The notes: generated from the letters alone by a model not told the origin. DNA of 64,000 bases from Patescibacteria group bacterium (GCA_020148045.1 JAHCRG010000017.1:21229-85228), one strand, 5' to 3'; shown: positions 33,867 through 43,456, numbered from the stretch's first letter. Translations and numbers: made by a program.

Positions 33867-36098
33867 ATGGCTTGGTTAGCAGACGCCTTTATCGGCGTTA
33901 TCACAGTTTTACCCGGACTAATGGTTATGGTGTTTGTCTTTGTTTTTGCAGGCGTATCTTCTCTTTTCGCCAGGCTATGTGGAGCACTTTTAAAATGGGT
34001 AACTAGTCCTCTTTTTATCAAAATGCCGTATACAAAACCAGGCTCTATTCCAGACGGAAATCCAATAATTGAAGCCGGTTTAAGTATCACCCAGGGATTT
34101 GTAAATATGCTCTTGGTTTTAATCTTGGTCTATATTGCTATTGCCACCATTTTACGATTAGCCGGCTATGAGACAAGAAGGCTTTTAGTTACTTTTATTC
34201 TTGTTGCTCTTTTAGTAAATTTTGCTCCAGTTGTATGTGGTTTAGTTGTTGATGCTTCCAATATTATAATGAATTTTTTCCTTGGAGAAGTTTCTGGAGG
34301 CAGACACCTTATAGCTAATCTTAATAATTTATGGGAAATTATTAAAGAAGAGCTTGTTGGTTTAAAAGCATTTTCTACAGCTTTTATTTTTACTGAACGG
34401 CTTGAGGTAATTTTTAAAGTTGCTGCTATTGGCGTTATAAATTTGTACTTAGGTTTAATTTTGCTTCTTTTCGCTTGTATTTTTGTATTTAGATATATTG
34501 CTATTTGGATGTTAGTCATTCTTTCTCCTTTAGCTTTTGCCTGTTATATACTGCCGGTAACAAGAAAATATTGGACAATGTGGTGGAATCAACTTATCCA
34601 ATGGTCATTCATCGGAGTAACTTGTGCTTTTTTCCTTTATTTAGCAGATCTATTAGCTAATTTAGGAACCCAAATATATGGCTCTAGCGCTCCAATGATT
34701 GTAGGAGATAGAATTCTTCCTTATCTCGTGCCGATAGGCTTTCTTATGATGGCTTTAATATTCGGCCTCAAAACTTCAGCAATGGGAGCCTCAACGGTGA
34801 TGAGTCTATCAAAAAGAAGCGGAAAATGGGTAGGAAAAGCAACTTGGAAAGGATTAAGGCCTAATATAGATAGAGCTTTATATCGGGCAACGGAAAAAAT
34901 ACGTGGAAAAGGAAAAGGGATTACTACAAGAACTATAGGAGCCGGCATAGCCAAGCAGTGGGGGAAAGCACCGGTTGCTAGATGGTTCTTGCCTGAATCT
35001 TTAAGAAAATATGGACAATATAGACCAGCTCTTTTGGCTGCTGCTAAAGAAGCAGAAAGTTATGATTCAAGAACTCTTATGGATAGAGTTTATACATTGG
35101 CAGATAAAGAAGAACAGGCAGCTGGAGGCGCATATTCAGTGCTCGATAGAGTAGACGCTCAAGATGTATTTGATGCAGGCAAAAGAGCATTTGGAAAAGC
35201 ATTTAAAAGAAAGTATGGAAGAGACATGTCTGATGACGAACTTATACAAAATAAAAAATTCAGAGAAATAACGGGTAGATTTTTACACATAGCCCGACAA
35301 TCAGGAATGTTAGGGGGTGGGTTTACTAGAAAAGATCCACGCTTAGCTATAATAGCAGCTATGGAAGGAATAAAAGGATATGGGGATATCAAAGATACAG
35401 CGGGAAATCCTCTTAAAGGAGAAGACCTTATAAGAGCTGCTGTTAGAAAAGCAGTTGGTGAGGCAAGGCAACATATAGCTAAATGGGAGCCAGAAATTCT
35501 TAAGAATAAATATGTTATGGAAGCTATGTTAGGACAATTTGATAGAGATAGATGGTTACAGGTAAACCGCCAGGTTAAGAGAGGACAAGATTCCGCCCTT
35601 AATGGCATAGATTCTACATTTTCAGATTTTATAGAGAAAGATCCTGGGTTTAAAGATTTAAGCGCAGAGCAAATACAAGGAAAATTAAAAGACCTCACAC
35701 CAGGAGAGATAAAAGCGAAAGTGAAGTTGAAAATAGAAACAGAGTTAAAAGAAGAAGACCTCAAACCAAAAGAAAGAGAAAAAGAATTAAAAATAAGGTT
35801 AGAAAAAAGATTGCCTGAAGCGTTACAAGACCCCAGAAGCGCTGAATCTAAAGCTGCTTGGAAGAAATTCACAGAAGATATCAAAAAACTAAACTTAGGA
35901 CTTGAAGGATATGTTAAGGCATTAAAAGATAAACGAATACAGCAAACTGGATGGAGAGCAGGAGGATATATACCAAAAAGCGAAAGATGGCAAGGTAAAG
36001 TTGGCGTCCTTACACCTGGCAAAGCAATGATGGGCCCATCGCCTCCAGAAGAAGAAAGAAAAGAAGGATATACAGGAGGTATGGGCCCAACTCAATAA
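33867..36098 (+). CDS. Large polytopic membrane protein with charged C-terminal half (possible VirB6/TrbL-like T4SS channel component)
   Basis: 743 aa. The first ~330 aa carry about 7 TM helices and the rest is K/E/R-rich and soluble. The gene is visibly GC-richer. The VirB6-like idea rests on topology and context only. Confidence 0.4.
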   Translation: MAWLADAFIGVITVLPGLMVMVFVFVFAGVSSLFARLCGALLKWVTSPLFIKMPYTKPGSIPDGNPIIEAGLSITQGFVNMLLVLILVYIAIATILRLAGYETRRLLVTFILVALLVNFAPVVCGLVVDASNIIMNFFLGEVSGGRHLIANLNNLWEIIKEELVGLKAFSTAFIFTERLEVIFKVAAIGVINLYLGLILLLFACIFVFRYIAIWMLVILSPLAFACYILPVTRKYWTMWWNQLIQWSFIGVTCAFFLYLADLLANLGTQIYGSSAPMIVGDRILPYLVPIGFLMMALIFGLKTSAMGASTVMSLSKRSGKWVGKATWKGLRPNIDRALYRATEKIRGKGKGITTRTIGAGIAKQWGKAPVARWFLPESLRKYGQYRPALLAAAKEAESYDSRTLMDRVYTLADKEEQAAGGAYSVLDRVDAQDVFDAGKRAFGKAFKRKYGRDMSDDELIQNKKFREITGRFLHIARQSGMLGGGFTRKDPRLAIIAAMEGIKGYGDIKDTAGNPLKGEDLIRAAVRKAVGEARQHIAKWEPEILKNKYVMEAMLGQFDRDRWLQVNRQVKRGQDSALNGIDSTFSDFIEKDPGFKDLSAEQIQGKLKDLTPGEIKAKVKLKIETELKEEDLKPKEREKELKIRLEKRLPEALQDPRSAESKAAWKKFTEDIKKLNLGLEGYVKALKDKRIQQTGWRAGGYIPKSERWQGKVGVLTPGKAMMGPSPPEEERKEGYTGGMGPTQ

Positions 36099-36128
36099 AA
36101 AAGGGAGCTAATAATATCGTTAGCTCCC
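36097..36128. terminator. Hairpin terminator between convergent genes
   Basis: GGGAGCTAA-(8-nt loop)-TTAGCTCCC, with a T6 tract on the reverse strand. Confidence 0.6.
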
Positions 36129-36158
36129 TTCACTCGTAGAAGCTGTAACTATTTTGGT

Positions 36159-37427
36159 TTAGCTTCTTTTTTGTTTTGGGGGACTTCCCCCGAAGGGTAT
36201 AACACCTTCTTTAAATGCATGTAGAATCACCAAATCCCTTATTTGTTCTGTAGTCATTCCTTTTCCTTGTACTCCTCCAACAGCAAATGCCGCGATATCA
36301 CTCGAAACCCCTGCTCCTGTGTAGGCTGCTAATCTCCGGCTAATAGCTGTCTGTTCGTGTTTAGCTGCTTCGGCATCCTTCATAGCTAACTCAGGTTTAA
36401 TATAAGCTTTTTCTGTCTCGTCAGGTAGTTTGACCTTAGGTAGCTCGATATCAAGGCATTCTTTCGGAAGACCACATTCAAAAAAGGGATTCCCCTCTTC
36501 CTCTAATAAATACTTCTTCATTTCTTCTTCAATAGTTTCTTTTTCTTCCGTGCATTCCTGAGAATTTTTCTTTGCCATCACATGTCTCGCGGCACCCATT
36601 ATTCCTTTTTCGAAATGCCTACCAAGCTGATCCACTGCTTCCGGGGTTGTTAAATCCTTAATAGGCAAACGACTGTAAAGCTTCATCAATAAATCTCTGC
36701 CGCTTACCCTTTTCCACGTCAACTCCCCTTTTTCGCCAGTTTGGGTGATTTCACGTACAGGGAAGGAATATAATCTATCTACTTTTGGAAATCTAAAATA
36801 TACAGTGATATCCACCTGCAAGGGCTGCTTTTTTAATTTTCCTTCTTCTTTTGAATATAATCCTTCTGTTATTCTATAATTCGCGCAATACTGGCCGGTA
36901 GGAAATTTCTTAAACTTCTCAAAGGGAAAGAAACAGAAGTACAAACCTGGCCCCATAGCATCTATTGGTTTAGCAAACCTCGTTAAGACCGCTTGAGAAG
37001 GAACTTCGATTGTCCCAATTTGGCTTAGGCATTTCTTCAACCAAATTCCTAAACCTAAAAAAACCAATCCTTCTGCTACCACCCAGGAAATTGCTGTTAT
37101 CCAAGAAATTCCTGGGAGAACAACTATAGGTTTTTCTACAGCAATCAATACTCCGATTGCTATCCCGGCCAAAAAAATCTGTTTTAGGTATTTTTTAGGC
37201 CAAATCCATAATCCTAAAAATCCTAAAAAAAGCAAAATCTCTGCTGTCAGCCAAGAAATCCTTAGAGGAAAAATTAGGGGCATCATCCTAGCAATCAATA
37301 CCACTATTACTATGGGCACTGTTATAGCAATCAATGCCGCCATTACTACCCAGACCCGAAAAGACGTCTGCTTCCAAAATTTCTTTTCTACCACATCTTT
37401 CTTTTCCGTCTTTCCTATTTTTTTCAT
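36159..37427 (-). CDS. Membrane protein with duplicated TM module and SPFH/band-7-like domain
   Basis: 422 aa with an internal repeat ISW(L/I)TA..(L/V)FLG.LG.WI..KK.L.QI. This is followed by VPSQAVLTRFAKPIDAMGPGLYFCFFPFEKF, which resembles the start of an SPFH domain. Confidence 0.45.
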   Translation of the reverse strand: MKKIGKTEKKDVVEKKFWKQTSFRVWVVMAALIAITVPIVIVVLIARMMPLIFPLRISWLTAEILLFLGFLGLWIWPKKYLKQIFLAGIAIGVLIAVEKPIVVLPGISWITAISWVVAEGLVFLGLGIWLKKCLSQIGTIEVPSQAVLTRFAKPIDAMGPGLYFCFFPFEKFKKFPTGQYCANYRITEGLYSKEEGKLKKQPLQVDITVYFRFPKVDRLYSFPVREITQTGEKGELTWKRVSGRDLLMKLYSRLPIKDLTTPEAVDQLGRHFEKGIMGAARHVMAKKNSQECTEEKETIEEEMKKYLLEEEGNPFFECGLPKECLDIELPKVKLPDETEKAYIKPELAMKDAEAAKHEQTAISRRLAAYTGAGVSSDIAAFAVGGVQGKGMTTEQIRDLVILHAFKEGVIPFGGSPPKQKRS

Positions 37428-37535
37428 TTTTATACCCTTTCAGTTATTTTATTGTTAACTTACTGTTTTACATCAAGAAACCATTTCTTGAATACCTAAT
37501 CATATCATATATCCATATTTTTGTCAATGTTTTCA

Positions 37536-37569
37536 AAAGAAAAAGGCAGAAGAATTTTCTGCCTTTTAT
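37536..37569. terminator. Bidirectional hairpin terminator
   Basis: AAGGCAGAA-GAATT-TTCTGCCTT, flanked by A-rich and T-rich runs. Confidence 0.6.
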
Positions 37570-37587
37570 CTGGTGATAAATCTCGAA

Positions 37588-37851
37588 TTACGGTTCTCGG
37601 GGTCGGCCATATCTGTCGTATGTTGGATCAATGCCTGCCGTTACCTTCATCCGCCGCCACTTTCGGGCATCCCTTACTGCCCACGCTGCAGGGTCTTCGA
37701 TAGGTATCCTAAATATGGCCACGATTAGAAAGAAAAAAGCAAGAGAGACCACCCAAATAATAGAGAACATAATGAGCCCTGACACCTTTAGCACCTTTGC
37801 AATTTTAATCCACATGTTCCTTGTCTTCTTCATCTTTCTTACCTTCTTCAT
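37588..37851 (-). CDS. Hypothetical small membrane protein
   Basis: The track start at 37863 is a GTG. I prefer the ATG at 37851, which follows GGAAGGTGA with a 9-nt spacing. It has one TM helix and a basic N-terminus and C-terminus. Confidence 0.4.
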   Translation of the reverse strand: MKKVRKMKKTRNMWIKIAKVLKVSGLIMFSIIWVVSLAFFFLIVAIFRIPIEDPAAWAVRDARKWRRMKVTAGIDPTYDRYGRPREP

Positions 37852-37943
37852 GTTATTTTTCACCTTCCTTTCTTTATTAAATTATTAAAGAAATTCTTCT
37901 CTGAGATTACCCAGAGACCAAGAAACCACTCCCTGATGTTTTA

Positions 37944-37972
37944 ATCATATTATACATTCAAATCTTTGTCAA
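37944..37972 (-). promoter_or_regulatory. Sigma70-type promoter (TTGACA-17-TATGAT) with an ~85-nt leader
   Basis: The -35 box is at 37972-37967 and the -10 box at 37949-37944 on the reverse strand. Confidence 0.5.
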
Positions 37973-37982
37973 ATTTTTTAAT

Positions 37983-38013
37983 AAAAAAGGTGGTTTTATG
38001 GAACCACCTTTTT
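37983..38013. terminator. Bidirectional terminator closing the dikinase-like operon
   Basis: AAAGGTGGTT-(6-nt loop)-AACCACCTTT, between an A6 run and a T5 run. Confidence 0.65.
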
Positions 38014-38059
38014 ACCAAAACCAGAAAAAATATCAACTTTTTAATCTCTTTTCAAAGAT

Positions 38060-39157
38060 CTACCCATTTTTATTTTTGTATAAATCTTTGAGCCAGTAGA
38101 TTTCAAATTCTGGGCTAGTAATATATTCTTCAAAAGGAGGAAATTGTTCTAATTCAAACCTATCTGCTACCTTTTTATCTTTTATTGCCTCTAACATCTC
38201 TTTGGTTGGACGCCAATCCATATCAGCTAATTTGAAAAAATCTACAAATTGATAACTATACCATTCTAATATTTTTATTTTCCGTTCTTCTTTTGATAAT
38301 TTATCGTAAACTATTGACTGTTCGGTTGCCATCTTAGCGAAATAACCAGACAGTTCTTTTATTTTTTCTATTGAATTTTGGGGGACGTCATCAACGAGAA
38401 CAAAGTAAGCTACGAGATTATTAATAATATCTCCTTGATAAATTGAGTGCATCCCTATCATCTCACATCTAAATTTTACATTTTTGAAAACCTGAAATAT
38501 TTTTACATCTGAATATTTTAATTTTTTGCTTTCTGTCCATATTTCTATTGGTTTAATTTTAGGAAAGTGCTTTATTATTAAAATAGTATTCTCGCCAAAT
38601 TTTTTAGAAGCATCGTAAGGACCATAAATTTCGTGAGAATCTTGAGGAAAGAAATCACCGTAAAGAGAAAAAACAAGCGAAGCTAAACTGTTATAAAGTT
38701 TTCCTAATTCTCTCGCTATCTCCCTATTTCCAGTTTGCCAATCAGTTTTATTTAAAATAGCTTCAATTTCTTCATCGGTATGAGCAATATTGCTCTTATA
38801 GGCAAAAATATCTTTTTTAGCCAAATAAGAAAGAACCTCTACCATATATTCCGCCACTTCTCTAAATTGAACTTTATTTTTAGGTTCTGAGCCTTGATAT
38901 TCCCAAATTAAGAAAGGAAAAGCTATCCGAAAAGTGGAGGGGCAGGAAAAGGTCTTAGCGACTTCCTCAATTTTATATCCTTTCTTTTTAATTTTAATAA
39001 TTGCCTGATGGACTCTAGATATAAAAGCGCCATTTAAAGAAGATATCACAGTATCAGCATTAGCCGGCCCCCAACTGCACGGCACCATATTAGTAAAGGC
39101 AATATGGAATGCTCTGGCAAATTCATCTATCCATTTGGGATATTCCTCTTTAGTCAT
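38060..39157 (-). CDS. Hypothetical protein, last gene of the dikinase-like operon
   Basis: 365 aa with no motif I recognise. Its start lies 1 nt after the stop of the free swivel-domain gene. Confidence 0.6.
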   Translation of the reverse strand: MTKEEYPKWIDEFARAFHIAFTNMVPCSWGPANADTVISSLNGAFISRVHQAIIKIKKKGYKIEEVAKTFSCPSTFRIAFPFLIWEYQGSEPKNKVQFREVAEYMVEVLSYLAKKDIFAYKSNIAHTDEEIEAILNKTDWQTGNREIARELGKLYNSLASLVFSLYGDFFPQDSHEIYGPYDASKKFGENTILIIKHFPKIKPIEIWTESKKLKYSDVKIFQVFKNVKFRCEMIGMHSIYQGDIINNLVAYFVLVDDVPQNSIEKIKELSGYFAKMATEQSIVYDKLSKEERKIKILEWYSYQFVDFFKLADMDWRPTKEMLEAIKDKKVADRFELEQFPPFEEYITSPEFEIYWLKDLYKNKNG

Positions 39158-39158
39158 A

Positions 39159-39497
39159 TTAGATTAAGTAGACTTCACCTCTTGTTCCATCTACTTTTAC
39201 TTTTATACCGTCTTTAAGGTCTTTTGTTGCACTTTTAGTAGCCACTACGCAGGGAATACCAAGCTCACGAGAAACTATTGCTGGATGAGAAGTTAAACCA
39301 CCTTTATCAGTAACAATAGCAGCTGTTTTGTTCATCATTATCACCATTGAGGGCTCAGTCATCTCTGCAACAAGAATATATCCTTCTTTAAAGTCAGATA
39401 TATTTTCAACACCTTTAACAATTCTCACAATCCCTTCAGCTATACCAGCACTCGCTGCTATCCCTTTTAAAATAATTTTTCTTTTGACATATTTCAT
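39159..39497 (-). CDS. Stand-alone PEP-utilizer mobile (phosphohistidine swivel) domain protein
   Basis: 112 aa with KGIAASAGIAEGIVRIV...ILVAEMTEPS...AAIVTDKGGLTSHPAIVSRELGIPCVV. An ATGA overlap links it to the upstream ATP-grasp gene. Confidence 0.85.
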   Translation of the reverse strand: MKYVKRKIILKGIAASAGIAEGIVRIVKGVENISDFKEGYILVAEMTEPSMVIMMNKTAAIVTDKGGLTSHPAIVSRELGIPCVVATKSATKDLKDGIKVKVDGTRGEVYLI

Positions 39498-40483
39498 AGA
39501 GTAGTAATTGGCCTACTTTGAGTTATATAGATTTTGTTTTTTTCTATTGCGAATTCGATGTCTTGAGGAGATCTGTAATGCTCTTCTATTTTCCGGCAGA
39601 GTTTGGCTAATTTAATAATCTGCTTGCCAGAAAGTTTTTGTTTGGATTGCTTAGCTTTAGGAACCTTTACTTCTTTTATTCCTAGCCCAGACCTTACAAT
39701 CATCATTTCCTGCTGACTAATATTAGCATCTAAAATTGTCCAATCTTTCTTAGAAATTACATAGGTGTCAGGGGTAATCTTACCGCCAACAATGGCTTCT
39801 CCTAAACCCCAGCCAGCTTCAATAACCATTTGGTTTCTATCTTGGGTTACTGGATGAACAGTAAAGCAAATACCAGAGACATCTGATTGAACCATTTTTT
39901 GAACAACCACTGCTACTCCAACTGGATAACAATCAGCTAATTTTTTGCAGGTTCTTGCTCTGATTTTCTTTTGATGGTCAACAGTAATTATTTCTTTTTC
40001 AAAAGCATAAAACAAAGCCCGGGGAGTAAAAAGTGAAGACCAGCATTTTTTAATGTTTTCCATTAAATTAGACTGACTTGTATTCAAATATGTTTCTAAT
40101 TCTCCTGCCCAAGAAGCTATTGAAGAATCTTCAGCAGTAGCCGAAGACCTAACAGCTACATACTCGGCATCTAATTTCTTAAATTCTTTTAAGAGCACTC
40201 TTTCTAAATCTTGGGGCATTGAAGCATCATGAATTAAATCCCTGATTACTCTTGAAGCTTCATCAACTGATTTAATATCTTCATGATTAATTTTCTTTAT
40301 TTGAGAGGCAATCTCTGTATAAAGATCAGTTTCTTCCAAAAACCTATCAAAAGCATCAACTAGAATAATAAAACCAGGAGGCACTGGAATTTTAGCTTGG
40401 CTCATCTCCCCAAGCGAAGCCCCTTTACCTCCGGCAATAGAGACATCATTTTTAGATATTTCTTTAAAACTTTTTATAAACAT
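39494..40483 (-). CDS. PPDK_N-type ATP-grasp (nucleotide-binding) domain protein of the PEP synthase/dikinase family, with no swivel or acceptor domain
   Basis: 329 aa with IAGGKGASLGEM, PVPPGFI, VAVRSSATAEDS, VAVVVQKMVQSDVSGICFT, EAGWGLGEAIVGG and PQDIEFAIEKNKIYITQSRPIT. Confidence 0.85.
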   Translation of the reverse strand: MFIKSFKEISKNDVSIAGGKGASLGEMSQAKIPVPPGFIILVDAFDRFLEETDLYTEIASQIKKINHEDIKSVDEASRVIRDLIHDASMPQDLERVLLKEFKKLDAEYVAVRSSATAEDSSIASWAGELETYLNTSQSNLMENIKKCWSSLFTPRALFYAFEKEIITVDHQKKIRARTCKKLADCYPVGVAVVVQKMVQSDVSGICFTVHPVTQDRNQMVIEAGWGLGEAIVGGKITPDTYVISKKDWTILDANISQQEMMIVRSGLGIKEVKVPKAKQSKQKLSGKQIIKLAKLCRKIEEHYRSPQDIEFAIEKNKIYITQSRPITTL

Positions 40484-40496
40484 ACTATTTATATTT

Positions 40497-41978
40497 TTAT
40501 TTATTTCTCTTTTTAATTATTTTAACAACTCCCTTATTAGTATCCACCTCCACCAAATCCCCGTCTTTTAGTGCTCTCGTGGCGATTTTGGTGCCAATGA
40601 TACAGGGAATTCCTAATTCTCTTGAGACAATTGCGGCATGGCAGGTAATCCCTCCTTCATTGGTTACAATAGCTGCCGCTTTTTTTATAGCTGGTGCATG
40701 CTCTGGCCTTGTCATTGTAGAAACAAGGATATCGCCTTTTTCAAATTTTGAAATATCTTCTTGTCTTATCACTATTTTTACAGCGCCGGCTGCTTTACCA
40801 GACGAAGCTATTGTGCCTGGGAACTCGCTGATTTCTTCTTTTTCAGAACGAAGTATTTTATTAATAATTTTTTCTATTTCATCTTTATAAAAAACTTTGA
40901 ATTTATCTTTTTGAAAAACGAACAAAGAACCTTGTTTTCTTTTTTTGAGTAAAGAAATGTCAAAATTCCCTTTTATAAAATCTTCAAGCTCTGAATAATC
41001 TAAATAAGCTAAATCATCTTCATTAATTCTTGTTCTTTTAGATAATTCTTTTAAGTATTTTGAGTCAAGATAAGTGGTCATAACCGAATTCTCTTTTCTT
41101 AAATCCTGCCATTTGGCAAAAAGCGGCGAAAGTTCAGCTACGGCAAGTATTTCTTCATTAAACTTATATTTTGAAATATAATCTTTTCTTATTTTTCTAT
41201 TGTCAATCCATATTTTATTCTTTTTTTCTTCTTCCCTTAAATTAGATTTAAGAAGATCTCTTAAGTGTGCTTTTACATCTTCAAAAGTATATTCTTTTGC
41301 ACCAAAAAAGCTTTCTACTTTTATCCAGCAAAACTTATCAAGATGTTCTTGTATTTTATTATAAATATCAGTTTTTTTAATGTCTTCCTCTGTCTTAATT
41401 TCTTTTGCTATTTTAATAAGATCTAATTCAAATTCGTTTAAAAATAAAGGTTCTTCGGGTCTTGTTATTATTTCAACTGCTTTATTAATATCGAACTTTG
41501 GATTTTCTCTCGCAAAATTAGAAAGCAATTCTGGTAGTTTTTTCTCGGTATAAAATATAAAAGGATCCATTAAACTTGAGGTTTTTCTTGCTTTCCACTG
41601 TAATTCAGTATATTTTTTAATATCAGTTACTAGTTCTTCATTATTTACTCCAGAAAGATCTTTTTTCTTAAATTTCTTGAAAGTGTCTTCAATCTCCTTT
41701 TTTATTTTAAGCCAATCTTCAAGTTCATTTTTCCAGTAATTATTATTTTCTTCGTGTTTTTTAAATATTAACTCTCCTATTTCATCCTGGTCTTTAATAA
41801 GAGTAATCCAATCTAACTCTCCTTTTTCGTAATAACAAAGAAGCAAATCATATTCTTTTAATTTCAGCCCACTAGTAAAACCCCTAACAATACCTGATAA
41901 CATTAAAGGTCTTGCAGGAGCATGTTCAACATACCAATCTGTTGGCGAGTATCCTAAAAAGTTTTTTAAATTAATCAT
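40497..41978 (-). CDS. Paralog 1: helical N-domain (RPH-like acceptor domain?) plus C-terminal swivel His domain
   Basis: 493 aa. The C-terminus reads GTIASSGKAAGAVKIV...ILVSTMTRPEHAPAIKKAAAIVTNEGGITCHAAIVSRELGIPCIIG. Confidence 0.8.
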   Translation of the reverse strand: MINLKNFLGYSPTDWYVEHAPARPLMLSGIVRGFTSGLKLKEYDLLLCYYEKGELDWITLIKDQDEIGELIFKKHEENNNYWKNELEDWLKIKKEIEDTFKKFKKKDLSGVNNEELVTDIKKYTELQWKARKTSSLMDPFIFYTEKKLPELLSNFARENPKFDINKAVEIITRPEEPLFLNEFELDLIKIAKEIKTEEDIKKTDIYNKIQEHLDKFCWIKVESFFGAKEYTFEDVKAHLRDLLKSNLREEEKKNKIWIDNRKIRKDYISKYKFNEEILAVAELSPLFAKWQDLRKENSVMTTYLDSKYLKELSKRTRINEDDLAYLDYSELEDFIKGNFDISLLKKRKQGSLFVFQKDKFKVFYKDEIEKIINKILRSEKEEISEFPGTIASSGKAAGAVKIVIRQEDISKFEKGDILVSTMTRPEHAPAIKKAAAIVTNEGGITCHAAIVSRELGIPCIIGTKIATRALKDGDLVEVDTNKGVVKIIKKRNK

Positions 41979-43450
41979 TTAATTATTTTTACAATACCCT
42001 TGTTAGCGTCTACTTCTACTAAATCTCCATTCTTTAGAGCCCTTGTGGCTTTTATGGTGCCAACCACACATGGTTTATGTAATTCCCTAGATACAATAGC
42101 GGCATGAGACAACATCCCACCTTCGTCAGTAATAACTCCTTTAGCCTTTTTCATTATGGGGACGAAATCAGGTCTAGTCGCGCTAGTAACTAATATTTCG
42201 CCTTCTTTGAACTTATCAAAATCATTATTACTTAAAATAATAGATACTTTCCCTTTAGTAGTCCCTTCAGAAACTCCCATGCCTTTCAATTCATTTATCT
42301 CTTTCTCTCCTTTCTTTAAAGTTTTATCTATTATATTTATTGTTTTTTTATCAGTAATTAAGTTTACTTCGCTATCTTTAGTAAGATAAACACTGTTTTT
42401 AATTCTTTTATCTAAATCTACTGCCTTAATTGATATCTTTCCATTTAATAAATTTTCTATCTCTTCCTCATTTAAAAACAAGGTTTGTTCTAATGTTAAA
42501 TTCAACCTTTTGCTTATTTCTTTAAATAAATTTCTAACATAGAAACCTCCTTGATCTCTGGTATATGGTTTAAAATCTTTCAAATAGCTATATGTGGCAA
42601 AGAATTCTAACAAATATAATATGTCTTTCTGGTTTTTGAATTTTTTCGTTATCCTTAAATAATAATTATATCTTTCTTTATATTTTTTCCTAATATTATC
42701 AATCTCTTCTTTAATTTTGCTTTTTGTTAATTTTGTACTTATATCATTCAACTTTTTTTTAAAATAATTTAAATCATACGGTTTATAGCTAATATCATAC
42801 ATTGGCATATAAGAAAACTTGCTACAATGTTTTTTTAAAGCAGACTCTTGTTTTTTCTTATCCATCAAAGCTATTTTTAATAAAGATAATTTTTCCATAT
42901 CAATGGGAATAATTTTCATCGGCTTTGATAACTTAATAAGCAGCTTATCTATCTTATTTGAAGATATTCCTTTGTTTTCCATTAATTTTCTAATTGAAAT
43001 AGTTAAAGATTCTTCAACGCTGTTAAACAATATCCAAAAACCTATACATACAACCTTATCCTGTCTATAATATTTTCTTAAAATATTAATTATCTCCTTA
43101 TCAGAATAATTATAATCGTCAAAGTTCTGCGGTATTGTTTTAACAAAATCTAAATAATTTTTAAACCACTTTTTAATTTTATCAGGTAAGTTCTTTATTG
43201 TTTTTAATATAAAGGTTTTCTTAATAAATTTTTGAGACAAATGTTTTGTTAAACCTTTTGTTTCCTTCTCTACTAAATAATTAAAACAATCTCCATTAAT
43301 GAATCTATATATTTCAAAGCTTTGTTTGTAACCAAAAACTTCTTTAAACCCTTTCCAATATCCGTAATGATATAAACGGACTTTTTGATAAGTCATTCTT
43401 CTGGTATAAGTATATAGCCAATTTTTATTTAAAAAATCCTTGATGTTCAT
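41975..43450 (-). CDS. Paralog 2: helical N-domain plus swivel His domain
   Basis: 491 aa. The C-terminus reads ...ILVTSATRPDFVPIMKKAKGVITDEGGMLSHAAIVSRELHKPCVVG. It overlaps paralog 1 by 4 nt. Confidence 0.8.
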   Translation of the reverse strand: MNIKDFLNKNWLYTYTRRMTYQKVRLYHYGYWKGFKEVFGYKQSFEIYRFINGDCFNYLVEKETKGLTKHLSQKFIKKTFILKTIKNLPDKIKKWFKNYLDFVKTIPQNFDDYNYSDKEIINILRKYYRQDKVVCIGFWILFNSVEESLTISIRKLMENKGISSNKIDKLLIKLSKPMKIIPIDMEKLSLLKIALMDKKKQESALKKHCSKFSYMPMYDISYKPYDLNYFKKKLNDISTKLTKSKIKEEIDNIRKKYKERYNYYLRITKKFKNQKDILYLLEFFATYSYLKDFKPYTRDQGGFYVRNLFKEISKRLNLTLEQTLFLNEEEIENLLNGKISIKAVDLDKRIKNSVYLTKDSEVNLITDKKTINIIDKTLKKGEKEINELKGMGVSEGTTKGKVSIILSNNDFDKFKEGEILVTSATRPDFVPIMKKAKGVITDEGGMLSHAAIVSRELHKPCVVGTIKATRALKNGDLVEVDANKGIVKIIK

Positions 43451-43456
43451 ATTTGC

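Noticed and set aside
35159-36022. A 287-aa minus-strand ORF antisense to the 743-aa membrane protein gene.
   Set aside because: It lies entirely inside the longer plus-strand ORF. Its composition is low-complexity and rich in Ser, Leu, Phe and Pro. It is a stop-free frame produced by the purine-rich sense strand.
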